Assembly: GCA_965204535.1 (NCBI GenBank)
Contig: CBDBEV010000001.1
Location: 1,888,001 to 1,952,000, forward strand
Direction of reading: 5' to 3'
DNA from: a bacterium
GTDB lineage: Bacteria > UBA8248
Length of the DNA stretch: 64,000 bases
How positions within the stretch are numbered: the stretch's first letter is position 1; each line of letters begins with the position of its first letter. The notes beneath the pieces were generated by a model. That model searched no databases and was not told where the DNA came from. It worked only from the letters and a program-made list of their open reading frames with translations. The translations under genes were made by a program, and so were the position numbers. Shown here one piece after another: positions 1 through 9,609 of this stretch.

Positions 1-68
1 CCGCGCTGAACGATTTTCGCGAGAAAAACGGGATGCCGGTCGTCGAGCGCAAGGGCCACCACCACTAG
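1..68 (+). CDS. iscU: 3' end of probable Fe-S scaffold IscU (partial, runs off window)
   Basis: Frame reads ...ALNDFREKNGMPVVERKGHHH-TAG(66-68), resembling the IscU C-terminal helix; lies directly upstream of iscA-hscB-hscA-fdx-iscX. Confidence 0.6.
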   Translation, partial: ALNDFREKNGMPVVERKGHHH

Positions 69-99
69 AAGCGGGCGATTCGCGTGTAAGGGGCAGGAA

Positions 100-456
100 A
101 TGGATACGGCCGCGAAAAGACTGAGCATCGAGATTACCGACAAGGCGGTGGAGCACGTGAACCGCTTCATGGAGAAAGAAGGGGCGCAGGGCCACGTTCT
201 CCGCGTCGGCGTGAAGGGAGGAGGCTGCTCCGGGCTTTCCTACGTCCTCCAGTTCGAGGGCGAGGAACGCATCAACCCGCTGATGGATGAGGTGTTCGAG
301 AAAGACGGCGTCCGCGTGGTCGTGGACAAGAAGAGCCTCTTTTTCCTGGCGGGCACCACGCTGGATTTTGAAGACGGGCTGATGGGCAAGGGGTTTGTGT
401 TCAAGAACCCCAACGCACGCCAGTCCTGTGGTTGCGGGGAAAGTTTTTCCGCGTAA
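100..456 (+). CDS. iscA: Fe-S cluster assembly A-type carrier (HesB/IscA)
   Basis: GGGCSG and C-terminal CGCGESF motifs; isc gene order. Confidence 0.95.
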   Translation: MDTAAKRLSIEITDKAVEHVNRFMEKEGAQGHVLRVGVKGGGCSGLSYVLQFEGEERINPLMDEVFEKDGVRVVVDKKSLFFLAGTTLDFEDGLMGKGFVFKNPNARQSCGCGESFSA

Positions 457-469
457 CGCAACCGGGATG

Positions 470-517
470 AAACGCGCCGCGCCCATGCCGCATGGGATAG
501 CGACGCGTTTTTCTTTT
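470..517 (+). terminator. Intrinsic terminator-like hairpin between iscA and hscB
   Basis: AAACGCG...CCCATG-CCG-CATGGG...CGCGTTT stem followed by TTCTTTT. Confidence 0.5.
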
Positions 518-561
518 GGGTTCAAATCGCCCGGCGGTTCATGCGGGCCTGGAATCGCGAG

Positions 562-1203
562 ATGAGCGAAGCGACGAAAGAAAAGCCCTTTTCCGTATTC
601 AACGAAGACGGCGAAATAGAAGCCATTCCCGCCGAGGTCGATCATTTCGCCGTGCTCGGGGTTCGGCGAAAGTTCAAGGTCGACGCCGAGTCGCTCGAGT
701 CCAGGTTCTACGAACTGAATCGCAAGCTCCACCCCGATTTCTTCATGGATGCGCCCGTCGCGGTGCGGATTAGAAGTCTGGATGCGACCGCCCGCATCAA
801 CGAGGCGTACCAGACCCTCAAGGATCCGATTGCGCGCGTCGTCTACCTCGTGCAACTTGAAAGCGGAAAGCTCGAGGAGAACGAGCGGACGCCCCCGCCC
901 GAATTGTTCGAGGAGATATTCGAGGCCCAGGAGGCGGCAGAGGAGTTTCAGGGTTGCGTGGACGAAGAGGAAGCCGAGAACTTGCGCGAGCGCTTGAACG
1001 CGGCCATGGGTTGTTTTTCGGCGCTTAAGGACGGCCAGCGCACGGCGCTCGATGGGCTGGGCGCCGCATGGGACCAAGCGGTGGAGGAAGGCGATCCCGC
1101 GCCGCCTGATGTCGTCAGGAAAATGCGCTCCATCCTCGGGCAGAGAAACTACATCGAGAACACCCTCACGAGCCTCAAGCGCGCCCTGGAGGAGAGTGAA
1201 TGA
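562..1203 (+). CDS. hscB: Fe-S co-chaperone HscB (J-domain)
   Basis: J-domain with LHPD and [11 protein letters not shown]; stop overlaps the hscA start. Start at 562 is preferred, 541 is possible. Confidence 0.92.
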   Translation: MSEATKEKPFSVFNEDGEIEAIPAEVDHFAVLGVRRKFKVDAESLESRFYELNRKLHPDFFMDAPVAVRIRSLDATARINEAYQTLKDPIARVVYLVQLESGKLEENERTPPPELFEEIFEAQEAAEEFQGCVDEEEAENLRERLNAAMGCFSALKDGQRTALDGLGAAWDQAVEEGDPAPPDVVRKMRSILGQRNYIENTLTSLKRALEESE

Positions 1204-3035
1204 GCGAGATCGTCGGAATCGACCTGGGCACGACGAACAGCCTGGTCGCTTCCGTGTCGGGAGGAGAGCCGGCGATACTCGCGCCCGAGGGCGAGCGCGG
1301 CATCGTGCCCTCCGTGGTGAGCTTTCGCTCCGACCGTGTTTTCACCGGCGATGAGGCGCACGATGAGCGCGTCTCCAACAGCCGGAACACCATCTTTTCC
1401 GTCAAGCGATTCATGGGCAGGGGCTATGAGGACGTGAAGGACGATATGCGCCACTTGCCCTTCGATGCCGACCCCGATGAGCGAGACGTCGTCCATGTGC
1501 TGGCGCAGGGGCGCTCCTACAGCGCGCCCGAAATCAGCGCCCTGGTGCTGAGACGCCTGAAATCCCGAGCGGAGAAAACGCTCGGCCGGCCCGTCCTTCG
1601 GGCGGTGGTCACGGTGCCCGCGTATTTCAACGACGCGCAGCGCCAGGCGACGAAAGACGCGGGCAAACTCGCGGGCCTCGAAGTGCTCCGCATCATCAAC
1701 GAACCCACGGCGGCTTCTCTCGCCTATGGTCTTCACGAGCGGAACCGGGGCGTCGTCGCGGTCTACGACCTGGGCGGTGGCACGTTCGACATTTCGCTCC
1801 TGCGGATCAAGGACGGCGTGTTCGAGGTGCTCGCCACCGGCGGCGACACCCACCTGGGCGGAGACGATTTCGATCAGGCGATCTCTCTCCATATCCAGAA
1901 AGAAATCCTTGAACAGCACGGCGTGGATTTGAGCGAGACGCCCGAGGCGCTGGCCGAACTGACGCTTCTGGCCGAAAACGTCAAAAAGACGCTCTCGGAG
2001 GGCGATTCCACGGAGTACGTCATCGAAAACCCCGGCGGCGTTCCGCTCGCTCACAAGGGGAGCCTCACGCGGGAAGAGATGGAGGCGCTTCTCTGGCCCA
2101 TCGCCCAGCGTACGCTGGCGCCTTGCAAGCGCGCGCTTGCGGACGCGGGTCTCTCGCCCGGGGAGGTGGACGAGGTCGTTCTGGTGGGCGGGTCCACCCG
2201 CATGCCCCTCATACGCCGGATGGTGGAGGAGTTGTTCGAAAAGCGCCCGCATGCGGACCTGGACCCCGACGAAGTGGTGGCCCTGGGCGCGGCGGTGCAG
2301 GCGGATATCCTGGCGGGCGGCAGAAAGGACATGCTGCTCCTCGACGTGACGCCGCTTTCTTTGGGCATCGAGACGATGGGCGGCGTGATGGGATGGATCA
2401 TTCCGCGCAACACCACCATCCCCACGAGCGCGAGGGAGACCTACACCACCTTCAAGGACAACCAGACGGGCGTGGACATCCACGTGCTCCAGGGCGAGCG
2501 CGAACTGGTGAAGGACAACCGCTCGCTCGCGCGTTTCCGCTTAGCGGTCGACCCGGCGCCCGCCGGCCTCGCCCGGGTAGAGGTGACGTTTCTGCTCGAC
2601 GCGAACGGCATCCTGAACGTGACGGCCCGGGACCTCAAGAGCGGCAAGGCGGCCTCGGTGGAGGTGCAGCCTTCTTATGGGCTGACGGACGAGCAGGTCG
2701 AGCGCATGCTCATCGAATCTTTCGAACACGCCGAGCAGGACATCCGCTCCCGCCAGGTTCTGGACGCGAGAACCGAGGCGGAGACCATCCTCATGGCGGC
2801 GGCCCGCGCGATGAACGATTATGGAGAGGACGCCGTCTCTCCCGAGGAGCGCGCGAAGATTCAAGAAGCCGTGAGCGCGCTCGAAGAAGCCTGCCGGGGC
2901 GAGGACGCGGGCCTAATTCGCGATATGGTCGACGCGCTCAACGAAGTGACGATGCCGCTCGCAGAGCGGATGATGGATAATGTTTTGAAATCTGCCTTGG
3001 AGAACAAGAGGGTGAGTGAAGCCCTCAAAGACTAG
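1200..3035 (+). CDS. hscA: Fe-S chaperone HscA (Hsp70)
   Basis: [25 protein letters not shown] Hsp70 motifs; lies between hscB and fdx. Confidence 0.95.
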   Translation: MSEIVGIDLGTTNSLVASVSGGEPAILAPEGERGIVPSVVSFRSDRVFTGDEAHDERVSNSRNTIFSVKRFMGRGYEDVKDDMRHLPFDADPDERDVVHVLAQGRSYSAPEISALVLRRLKSRAEKTLGRPVLRAVVTVPAYFNDAQRQATKDAGKLAGLEVLRIINEPTAASLAYGLHERNRGVVAVYDLGGGTFDISLLRIKDGVFEVLATGGDTHLGGDDFDQAISLHIQKEILEQHGVDLSETPEALAELTLLAENVKKTLSEGDSTEYVIENPGGVPLAHKGSLTREEMEALLWPIAQRTLAPCKRALADAGLSPGEVDEVVLVGGSTRMPLIRRMVEELFEKRPHADLDPDEVVALGAAVQADILAGGRKDMLLLDVTPLSLGIETMGGVMGWIIPRNTTIPTSARETYTTFKDNQTGVDIHVLQGERELVKDNRSLARFRLAVDPAPAGLARVEVTFLLDANGILNVTARDLKSGKAASVEVQPSYGLTDEQVERMLIESFEHAEQDIRSRQVLDARTEAETILMAAARAMNDYGEDAVSPEERAKIQEAVSALEEACRGEDAGLIRDMVDALNEVTMPLAERMMDNVLKSALENKRVSEALKD

Positions 3036-3074
3036 TAACCGCGGGGAGATTCCAGCGGGACGCAGGGGAAGAAA

Positions 3075-3431
3075 ATGGCGAAACTACATTTCACGGAAGA
3101 GAAACAGACGTTAGAGATCCACGTGGGCGAGAACATTCTCGAAGTGGCGCTTGAAAACGGCTTCGACCTGGATCATGCCTGCGGCGGCGTGTGCGCCTGC
3201 TCGACGTGCCACGTGAAGATCCGCACGGGCGCCGATTCGTTCAACGAGTCCACCGAGGATGAGGAAGATCAGCTCGACGACGCGCGCGACGTTGACCTCG
3301 ACAGCCGGCTGGCCTGCCAGGCGACGCTGGAGTCCGACACGGACGAGGTCATCGAGATCGAGGTGCCGTTCTGGAACGTGAACCTCGTGCAGGAAGGCCC
3401 GGACGCGGCCCGCGAACAACACGCCCATTAG
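3075..3431 (+). CDS. fdx: 2Fe-2S ferredoxin, ISC type
   Basis: HACGGVCACSTCHV ... SRLACQ adrenodoxin-type Cys pattern. Confidence 0.93.
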   Translation: MAKLHFTEEKQTLEIHVGENILEVALENGFDLDHACGGVCACSTCHVKIRTGADSFNESTEDEEDQLDDARDVDLDSRLACQATLESDTDEVIEIEVPFWNVNLVQEGPDAAREQHAH

Positions 3432-3456
3432 AAAATTCGGTTCAGGAGAGAAACTG

Positions 3457-3675
3457 GTGGACACGTTCGGCTGGGAAGACGCCGAGGACATCGGCATAGC
3501 GCTGTACGAGAAATTTCCGAAGATAGACCCGCTTTCCGTGCGTTTCACGGATCTGCACGAGTGGGTGTGCGAGCTCGAGGAGTTCGACGACGAGCCGATG
3601 TCCTCGACGGAGGGCAAGCTCGAAGCCATCCAGATGGCGTGGCTCGAAGAATACAAGGATGCGCAGGGAGATTAG
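3457..3675 (+). CDS. iscX: Fe-S assembly protein IscX
   Basis: WEDAEDIGIALYE, VRFTDLHEWV, LEAIQMAWLEE; last gene of the isc order; GTG start after a GGAGAG RBS. Confidence 0.93.
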   Translation: MDTFGWEDAEDIGIALYEKFPKIDPLSVRFTDLHEWVCELEEFDDEPMSSTEGKLEAIQMAWLEEYKDAQGD

Positions 3676-3765
3676 TTTTTCCCTTCTCGTTTGATGAGGG
3701 CGCGGCCTTACGGCCCAGACCATTGTCGGCTCATACGCAGCAGAGATTGATTCGAGGCGATTGAC

Positions 3766-4575
3766 GTGAGCGAAGAACAACGCGCGGACGGAAAAATACT
3801 CCTCTCCCGCAAGGACGCGGTGGCGACGATCACCTTTAACGCGCCCGAGCGGCTGAACGCCATCGAGTATGAGATGTGGGTGGAAATCGGCAGCCTCATG
3901 CCCGAACTCGACGCGGACGATTCGGTGCGCGCCGTCGTCTTCCGGGGCGCCGGCGAGCGCGCCTTCTCCGCCGGGGCGGACATCTCGCGCTTCAAGCAGG
4001 AGCGCTACAGTTCCGCGCAAGCCAAACACTTCTCGGAAACGGGATTCTTGCGCGGCCTGGACGCCGTGGACGCCTTCTCGAAACCCGTCATCTGTCTCAT
4101 TCGCGGCGCCTGCGTGGGGGGAGGCGTAGAGCTTGCCGCCGCCACGGATTTGCGGGTCGCGGGCGAGAGCTCGCGCTTCGGCATACCGGTCGCCAAACTC
4201 GGTCTCGTGGCGGGCTATTCCGAACTGAGGCGTTTCGTATACTCCATCGGCCCCGCGCGCACCCTGGACATGCTGCTCACCGCCAAGCTCTTCACGGCCC
4301 GGGAGATGCTCGACGCCGGCTTTCTGGCGCGCGTCGTGCCGGACGAGGAGGTGGAGGCCGCGGCGTATGAGATGGCCGAGCGCATCGTTTCCCTGGCGCC
4401 CCTCGTTCACAAGTGGCACAAGAGCTTTGTGAAGAAAGTGTTGCTGGACCCGGGCCTCTCCACTCTCACCGAAGAAGAAAAATCGCGCGAGGTCGCCTGC
4501 TTCGACACCGAAGATTTCCGAGAGGGCGTGGAGGCTTTCCTGAACAAACGCGCGCCTGAATTCCGGGGAAAATAG
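3766..4575 (+). CDS. Enoyl-CoA hydratase/isomerase family protein
   Basis: AFSAGADI, GACVGGGVELA, DFREGVEAFLNKRAP crotonase motifs. Confidence 0.9.
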   Translation: MSEEQRADGKILLSRKDAVATITFNAPERLNAIEYEMWVEIGSLMPELDADDSVRAVVFRGAGERAFSAGADISRFKQERYSSAQAKHFSETGFLRGLDAVDAFSKPVICLIRGACVGGGVELAAATDLRVAGESSRFGIPVAKLGLVAGYSELRRFVYSIGPARTLDMLLTAKLFTAREMLDAGFLARVVPDEEVEAAAYEMAERIVSLAPLVHKWHKSFVKKVLLDPGLSTLTEEEKSREVACFDTEDFREGVEAFLNKRAPEFRGK

Positions 4576-4580
4576 AACAG

Positions 4581-5783
4581 ATGAGCCGGAAGACGGGAGG
4601 CCCGCTCGAGGGCGTTCGCGTGCTGGAGGTCTGCCAGGTGATGGCGGGCCCGTTCTGCGGGTGCCTGCTGGCGGATATGGGCGCGGACGTCATCAAGATC
4701 GAAAACCCCGACGGCGGCGACAGCGCGCGCCGGCTGGGCCGCTACTACGACGGCGGCGAAGCCCACGGCTTCATGAACCTGAACCGCAACAAGCGCAGCT
4801 TGGCGGTGGACATGAAGACGCCCGAAGGCGTCGCGCTCATGAAAGAACTCGCCCAAAAAGTCGACGTGTTCGTCGAGAACATACGGCCCGGCATCATGAC
4901 CAGGCTCGGCCTGGGCTATGAGGACTTGAAAGAACTGAATCCGGGCCTCGTATACGCCTCCATCTCCGGTTACGGCGATACGGGGCCTTTCGCGGGCAAG
5001 GGCGGGTTCGACCTGGTCTCGCAGGGCCTCTCGAGCCTCATGAGCTTCACGGGAGAGCCGGGCGGCGCGCCCGCGAAGATACCCGTGCCGATTTGCGACC
5101 TGAACGCAGGCATGTACACGGCGCTCTCCATCCTCTCCGCCTATATCCACAAGCAGCGCACGGGCGAAGGACAGCGCATCGACATGGCGCTGACCGACGC
5201 AGGCCTCGGCTACACCTTCTGGCAGGCATCGCAGTTCTTCCCCTCAGGCGAGCCGCCGGAACCGCTCGGCTCAGCCCACGAGATGACGGCGCCCTACCAG
5301 GCCTTTCAGTGCAAGGACGGCTATCTGGCCCTGGGCGCCGCCAACCAGAGGAACTGGGAGCTTTTCTGCGGGACCATCGGGCGCGAAGACCTCCTGGAGC
5401 GTGAGGAATACGCGAGCGACGGCTTGAGGCGCGAGAACTATCTCGCACTCGCGAGCGAACTCGAAACGGTGTTCATCGAAAAGACGCGCGACGAGTGGGT
5501 GGCGCTTCTGGATTCGGGCGGTATCCCCTGCGGGCCGATCCTGAACATGGCGGAGACTTTTGCGCATCCGCAAATTCAGGCCAGGGAGATGAGCGTCGAT
5601 ATGGAACATCCCGCGGCGGGCCCGATCCAGGTTCTGGGTTTCCCGCCCAAGCTGTCTCGGACGCGCGTCGGCGTGAGGACGCCCGCGCCCCTGCTGGGCG
5701 AGCACACCGACGAGGTGCTGCGCGAGTTCGGAACGAGTGAGGATGAAATAAAGAGCCTCCGAGAAGCGGGCGTCGTGGCCTGA
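4581..5783 (+). CDS. CaiB/BaiF family III CoA-transferase
   Basis: LADMGADVIKIE, NRNKRS, ENIRPG, GFD, APLLGEHT. Confidence 0.92.
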   Translation: MSRKTGGPLEGVRVLEVCQVMAGPFCGCLLADMGADVIKIENPDGGDSARRLGRYYDGGEAHGFMNLNRNKRSLAVDMKTPEGVALMKELAQKVDVFVENIRPGIMTRLGLGYEDLKELNPGLVYASISGYGDTGPFAGKGGFDLVSQGLSSLMSFTGEPGGAPAKIPVPICDLNAGMYTALSILSAYIHKQRTGEGQRIDMALTDAGLGYTFWQASQFFPSGEPPEPLGSAHEMTAPYQAFQCKDGYLALGAANQRNWELFCGTIGREDLLEREEYASDGLRRENYLALASELETVFIEKTRDEWVALLDSGGIPCGPILNMAETFAHPQIQAREMSVDMEHPAAGPIQVLGFPPKLSRTRVGVRTPAPLLGEHTDEVLREFGTSEDEIKSLREAGVVA

Positions 5784-5787
5784 GCGC

Positions 5788-6501
5788 ATGGCCAAACCGC
5801 CGCCGCCCCTCTCCCCCGGCGTCTATCTCGTCGCCACCCCGATCGGCAATCTCGAAGACATCACGGAACGCGCTTTCAGGGTCTTGCGCGAGTGCGACCT
5901 CATCGCGTGCGAGGACACGCGCCACACGGGCAGGCTGCTCTCACGCCTCGGCATCAAGAAACCGCTCCTAAGCTATCACGAACACAACGAGGCGAGGCGC
6001 GCGGGCGAGCTGGCCGGGCGCGCGCTTGGGGGCGAGTGCGTCGCCGTGGTGTCCGACGCGGGCACGCCGGGGGTTTCCGATCCCGCCTACCGGGTGGTGC
6101 GCGCCGCGATAGAGGCGGGCGTCCAGGTCGTTCCCGTACCCGGCGCATCTTCCGTTCTCGCCGCGCTCACCGCCTCGGGTCTTCCCACCGACAGCTTCGT
6201 CTTCGAGGGGTTTCTTCCCTCCAAGGGCCGGAAGAGACTTCAAAAGATTGAAGCGCTGCTCGATGAGGAGCGCACGGTCGTCCTGTTCGAATCCCCCCAC
6301 AGAACGCCAAGGCTCGTGAGCGAGATCGCCGCCATCGCTCCCGCGCGGCCCTTGGCCCTTGCGCGCGAGATCACGAAACTGCACGAGGAAATCCTGAGGG
6401 ATGGGGCGCAGGCTCTTGCCGAAGCGATCAAGGACAAGAAAATCAGGGGCGAGTGCGTCCTCCTCATCGGGCCGAAGCGGATGGAAAAGACGGACGATTG
6501 A
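5788..6501 (+). CDS. rsmI: 16S rRNA C1402 2'-O-methyltransferase
   Basis: YLVATPIGNLEDIT, ACEDTR, VSDAGTPGVSDP, FESPHR, AREITKLHEE. Confidence 0.95.
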   Translation: MAKPPPPLSPGVYLVATPIGNLEDITERAFRVLRECDLIACEDTRHTGRLLSRLGIKKPLLSYHEHNEARRAGELAGRALGGECVAVVSDAGTPGVSDPAYRVVRAAIEAGVQVVPVPGASSVLAALTASGLPTDSFVFEGFLPSKGRKRLQKIEALLDEERTVVLFESPHRTPRLVSEIAAIAPARPLALAREITKLHEEILRDGAQALAEAIKDKKIRGECVLLIGPKRMEKTDD

Positions 6502-6579
6502 GGGCGGAAGGCAGCCCCGCGCGATTTGTTGTATGCTCTCTCTTTCCTCATTGCCTGCCATATTTTCAGGAGACACGTC

Positions 6580-7449
6580 ATGACGCGCCCACACGTCACA
6601 AAAATTGCAGCGCTCACCCTTGCGGCCTTTCTCGCTCTCGGCGTCTCGGCGTCCGCCGCGCCCAAGAGCGGCTCGAAGGCGGCTGAGGAGAGCATCGTCG
6701 CGCACGTCGGAGGAATGCCGATAACGCTCGGGGCATTCAACGCCTTCATCCACCAGTTGCCCGCCAACATGCAGGCCCAGGCGGATGCGAACAAGGCGGC
6801 GTTCCTGGAGGCCCTCATTCAGCGCAGGCTCATGCTCCGGCATGCGGATGAGAGTAATTTTCTGGGCATCGAGCGGGTGAAGATGCAAATCGATCGAGCG
6901 CGGCGCGAGATTCTCATCGGCGAGGCCCTCCGCAGGATCGAGGAGGGCGCGCGGCCCAAGGCGTCCGATATTCGCGCGGAGTATGAGCGCAACAAGGTGA
7001 AATACACGGAGGGGGGCAAGGTCACCGCGGCGCACATCATGGTCTCGTCCGAGAAAGAGGCGAAGGATCTGCTGGCGAAGATCGCCGGGGGAGAGGATTT
7101 CGCCGAACTGGCGAAGAAGTATTCCCTGGCGCCCGAGCGCGCGCTCGGCGGGAGCCTGGGCGAGATGAGCCGGGGCCACAGCAAGAGGACGGGCCTGCCC
7201 GAGATAATCGAGCAGACGGCGTTCGCACTCGATCCGGGCGCGCACAGCGGTGTCGTGCAGAGCATCTACGGCTGGCACGTCGTGAAAACCTCCAAGAAGG
7301 AGGGGGCCAAGCAGCTCGATTTCTCGGAAGTGGCGGAGAAAATCACCAAGGAGATGGGCGAGCGCAACAGGCAGGAAGCGATGCGCCAGAAGTTTATCGA
7401 ACTCACCGAACGCTACGAGGTGAAGCGGTATCTCGAAAACCTGAAATAA
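6580..7449 (+). CDS. Exported PpiC/parvulin-type peptidyl-prolyl isomerase (PrsA-like)
   Basis: Signal peptide after a GGAG RBS; AHIMV, FAELAKKYS, GGSLG, YGWHVV rotamase motifs. Confidence 0.88.
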   Translation: MTRPHVTKIAALTLAAFLALGVSASAAPKSGSKAAEESIVAHVGGMPITLGAFNAFIHQLPANMQAQADANKAAFLEALIQRRLMLRHADESNFLGIERVKMQIDRARREILIGEALRRIEEGARPKASDIRAEYERNKVKYTEGGKVTAAHIMVSSEKEAKDLLAKIAGGEDFAELAKKYSLAPERALGGSLGEMSRGHSKRTGLPEIIEQTAFALDPGAHSGVVQSIYGWHVVKTSKKEGAKQLDFSEVAEKITKEMGERNRQEAMRQKFIELTERYEVKRYLENLK

Positions 7450-7455
7450 CGGCCC

Positions 7456-7511
7456 CTACCTCGGCTCCAGGCCGTGTTTTTTCATGTAGGCCTGCAGCCA
7501 GAGCGCGAGGG
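7456..7511 (-). repeat. 56-bp direct repeat, copy 1: orphan duplicate of the MFS gene 3' end
   Basis: Matches 9554-9609 with 3 mismatches. Confidence 0.92.
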
Positions 7512-7514
7512 CTA

Positions 7515-8396
7515 TCATTCTGGTTTCCAAGGCAGGTTCCGATAAAATTCCAAGATGCGGGCGAAACAGCGCTCAAAATCCGGCACTTCGCCTAACTCCA
7601 ATTTCATCGTTTGCCACTCTGCGCGAGACCTTGTTTTGACCTCGGGGTCGTCTAGGGACGAACGTGTCGGCTCTATACGGCGCGACCGGCATTTCGCAAT
7701 GAAAACATCCAGGATTTGCGTGCGGAGAATGTCATCGATCCGATGCATTCTAAGCAGCAAATCGAGATCATAGACATCTTGTCGCCGGTTACGCCTTCGT
7801 GGCACTTGTTGAAGCATAGCGCGATATTTTTCGGCGATGAGATCGACGAGGCCATAAGCTTGCAGCTCCTGTCCACCGGTTAGTTCTAATACTTGGATAT
7901 GTTGCAAGGTTTCGTTGAATGAAATATCTAGGTCAATCACCTCAGAAACTTTGTCCTCCAAAAGCCTCATTTCTTGTTTTGTCCCTCGGCGCGCATAAGC
8001 GATTTTGAGTTTTAGGGCGGGGAAATCCGCTGTTTCAAAGATTGTTTTCTTAGGCATCTTTTTTGCCGAGTGAGTTTTAAGGACGAGGTCGGCATAACCC
8101 AGCGCTGCGGCCGCGCGAGGGAAAGCTGAATCCAATAGTGTTTTGACCCTGTCTGCGGTTTCGCTTCGGGCCATAAGATTTGTCGACATATCGATGTCGG
8201 TTGTTTGCCTTGGGCTGTCATAGGCGAGACCCATGAGAATGCCGCCTTTCAGGAACATCTTTGCGTTAAGGGGGACCGTCATCGCTATAGCGTTGAGGAC
8301 TATTTCCACCGTCTGGCGTTGCTGGTAGGCGACCGGGTCGGCCTTCGCATTTTCGACCCACCTGGCAACGTCAATTTTAAGATTGGGTTCAGGCAT
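7515..8396 (-). CDS. AbiEii/AbiGii-type nucleotidyltransferase toxin (type IV TA)
   Basis: FLKGG...RQTTDID, AEKYRAM and RRQDVYD motifs; start overlaps the antitoxin gene; lower GC than flanks. Confidence 0.88.
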   Translation of the reverse strand: MPEPNLKIDVARWVENAKADPVAYQQRQTVEIVLNAIAMTVPLNAKMFLKGGILMGLAYDSPRQTTDIDMSTNLMARSETADRVKTLLDSAFPRAAAALGYADLVLKTHSAKKMPKKTIFETADFPALKLKIAYARRGTKQEMRLLEDKVSEVIDLDISFNETLQHIQVLELTGGQELQAYGLVDLIAEKYRAMLQQVPRRRNRRQDVYDLDLLLRMHRIDDILRTQILDVFIAKCRSRRIEPTRSSLDDPEVKTRSRAEWQTMKLELGEVPDFERCFARILEFYRNLPWKPE

Positions 8397-9297
8397 TGAG
8401 GGAAATCATCCATTTTTCTGAATAGGTCGGCGCAAAGGCCTTGGCCGGATCGAGCTTGCGACTACCGCCGCGCTGAGCGCATGATTGCCAGCGCTCTATT
8501 TCGCGGTGATGCAACCCTAACCGTTCTTCAAGGATGTAGCCGGCCCGGCTTTTGACGATCCCGCTTTTGGCGGTCCCGACCGATGCGACAATTTCGCTGA
8601 AATAGGTTTCAGCGTGTTCTTCCCAAATATCGAGAACATGCGACATCCCCCCGCAAAGATCGGGTCTTTGAAGCATGTCGAGGAAAGTTTGTCCGATAGT
8701 CGAGAGAGACACTCCATCCCCCCGGTTCTTCAAAAACGCCCCTGCGGTTTTGCTTTCATGAACGTGGACGGCCCGCCTTCGGACACGAGCGGGATGACCG
8801 ACGATCTTCAGCGGAAAGAGATTGGTTTCTCCTGTTCCCAGAATTTTCGACGTGTGTGCTTTTAAGTGGGTTATGGCGGTCTTGCGATCCGGGCGCGTCA
8901 GCATCAGGGCATCCGGTCTTCGGTCGGTGAGTCCCCACCGCTGCATAGCGGAGAGATGGGAAATGTAGCATGTCGGATCGACGAGGCAGACGATGCCTTC
9001 AGCCGGAAGGTCCGAAACGGCCAACACCCTGATGATGCGCGCGCCATAATCCCGATCAGGCCCGATTACGCCTTGCCTATTCAAGTTTGACCTGAGACGA
9101 AAGCAGTCTGCCCGGCTAGGAGTATCGTGGCGCAGATATAGTTTCTTGTCGGGTGATTCTCGGTACATTTGGCGAATGATTTGCAAAAAATCGAGCTGGG
9201 TCAGAACCGGCTTGTTGTTTTCTTCGAGCAAGCCTGCCAGGTAGCTGGTGGCTCGGGTCGGTTTTCCTTTATATGCTCCCGGAGAGTATACCGCCAT
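8389..9297 (-). CDS. AbiEi-like antitoxin / transcriptional regulator (type IV TA)
   Basis: YISHLSAMQRWGLT and STIGQTFLDMLQRPDLCGG motifs; upstream of and overlapping AbiEii. Confidence 0.85.
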   Translation of the reverse strand: MAVYSPGAYKGKPTRATSYLAGLLEENNKPVLTQLDFLQIIRQMYRESPDKKLYLRHDTPSRADCFRLRSNLNRQGVIGPDRDYGARIIRVLAVSDLPAEGIVCLVDPTCYISHLSAMQRWGLTDRRPDALMLTRPDRKTAITHLKAHTSKILGTGETNLFPLKIVGHPARVRRRAVHVHESKTAGAFLKNRGDGVSLSTIGQTFLDMLQRPDLCGGMSHVLDIWEEHAETYFSEIVASVGTAKSGIVKSRAGYILEERLGLHHREIERWQSCAQRGGSRKLDPAKAFAPTYSEKWMISLNA

Positions 9298-9325
9298 TAT
9301 CTCACGTCTTATATGGAATTGAAAA

Positions 9326-9368
9326 ATTCGGCATGGTAAACGTCCTAAGGACGTTTACCATGCCGAAT
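9326..9368. promoter_or_regulatory. Perfect 43-bp inverted repeat, probable AbiEi operator 1
   Basis: ATTCGGCATGGTAAACGTCCT-A-AGGACGTTTACCATGCCGAAT upstream of abiEi. Confidence 0.7.
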
Positions 9369-9422
9369 ATAATAAAGTCAAGGCACTCAGCGACTAAAAA
9401 GAGCCATTTTCAAAAATGTAAT

Positions 9423-9465
9423 ATAACCTTATGTATACGTCCTTAGGACGTATACATAAGGTTAT
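9423..9465. promoter_or_regulatory. Perfect 43-bp inverted repeat, probable AbiEi operator 2
   Basis: ATAACCTTATGTATACGTCCT-T-AGGACGTATACATAAGGTTAT; same ACGTCCTnAGGACGT core as operator 1. Confidence 0.7.
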
Positions 9466-9553
9466 TATATATGTCAAGTTTTATATGCTGTGAATTAGTG
9501 AATAGCGACAAAGCAATAATATATCTGATACGGCCAGCAAAAGATGGCAATTA

Positions 9554-9609
9554 CTACCTTGGTTCGAGGCCGTGTTTTTTCATGTAGGCCTGCAGCCAGA
9601 GCGCGAGGG
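9554..9609 (-). repeat. 56-bp direct repeat, copy 2: current 3' end of the MFS gene
   Basis: Matches 7456-7511 with 3 mismatches. Confidence 0.92.

Noticed and set aside
5788-7449. rsmI TGA stop is in frame with the downstream PPIase ORF (possible read-through)
   Set aside because: The TGA is not at a Cys position, the RsmI catalytic domain is complete, and the PPIase has its own RBS and signal peptide.
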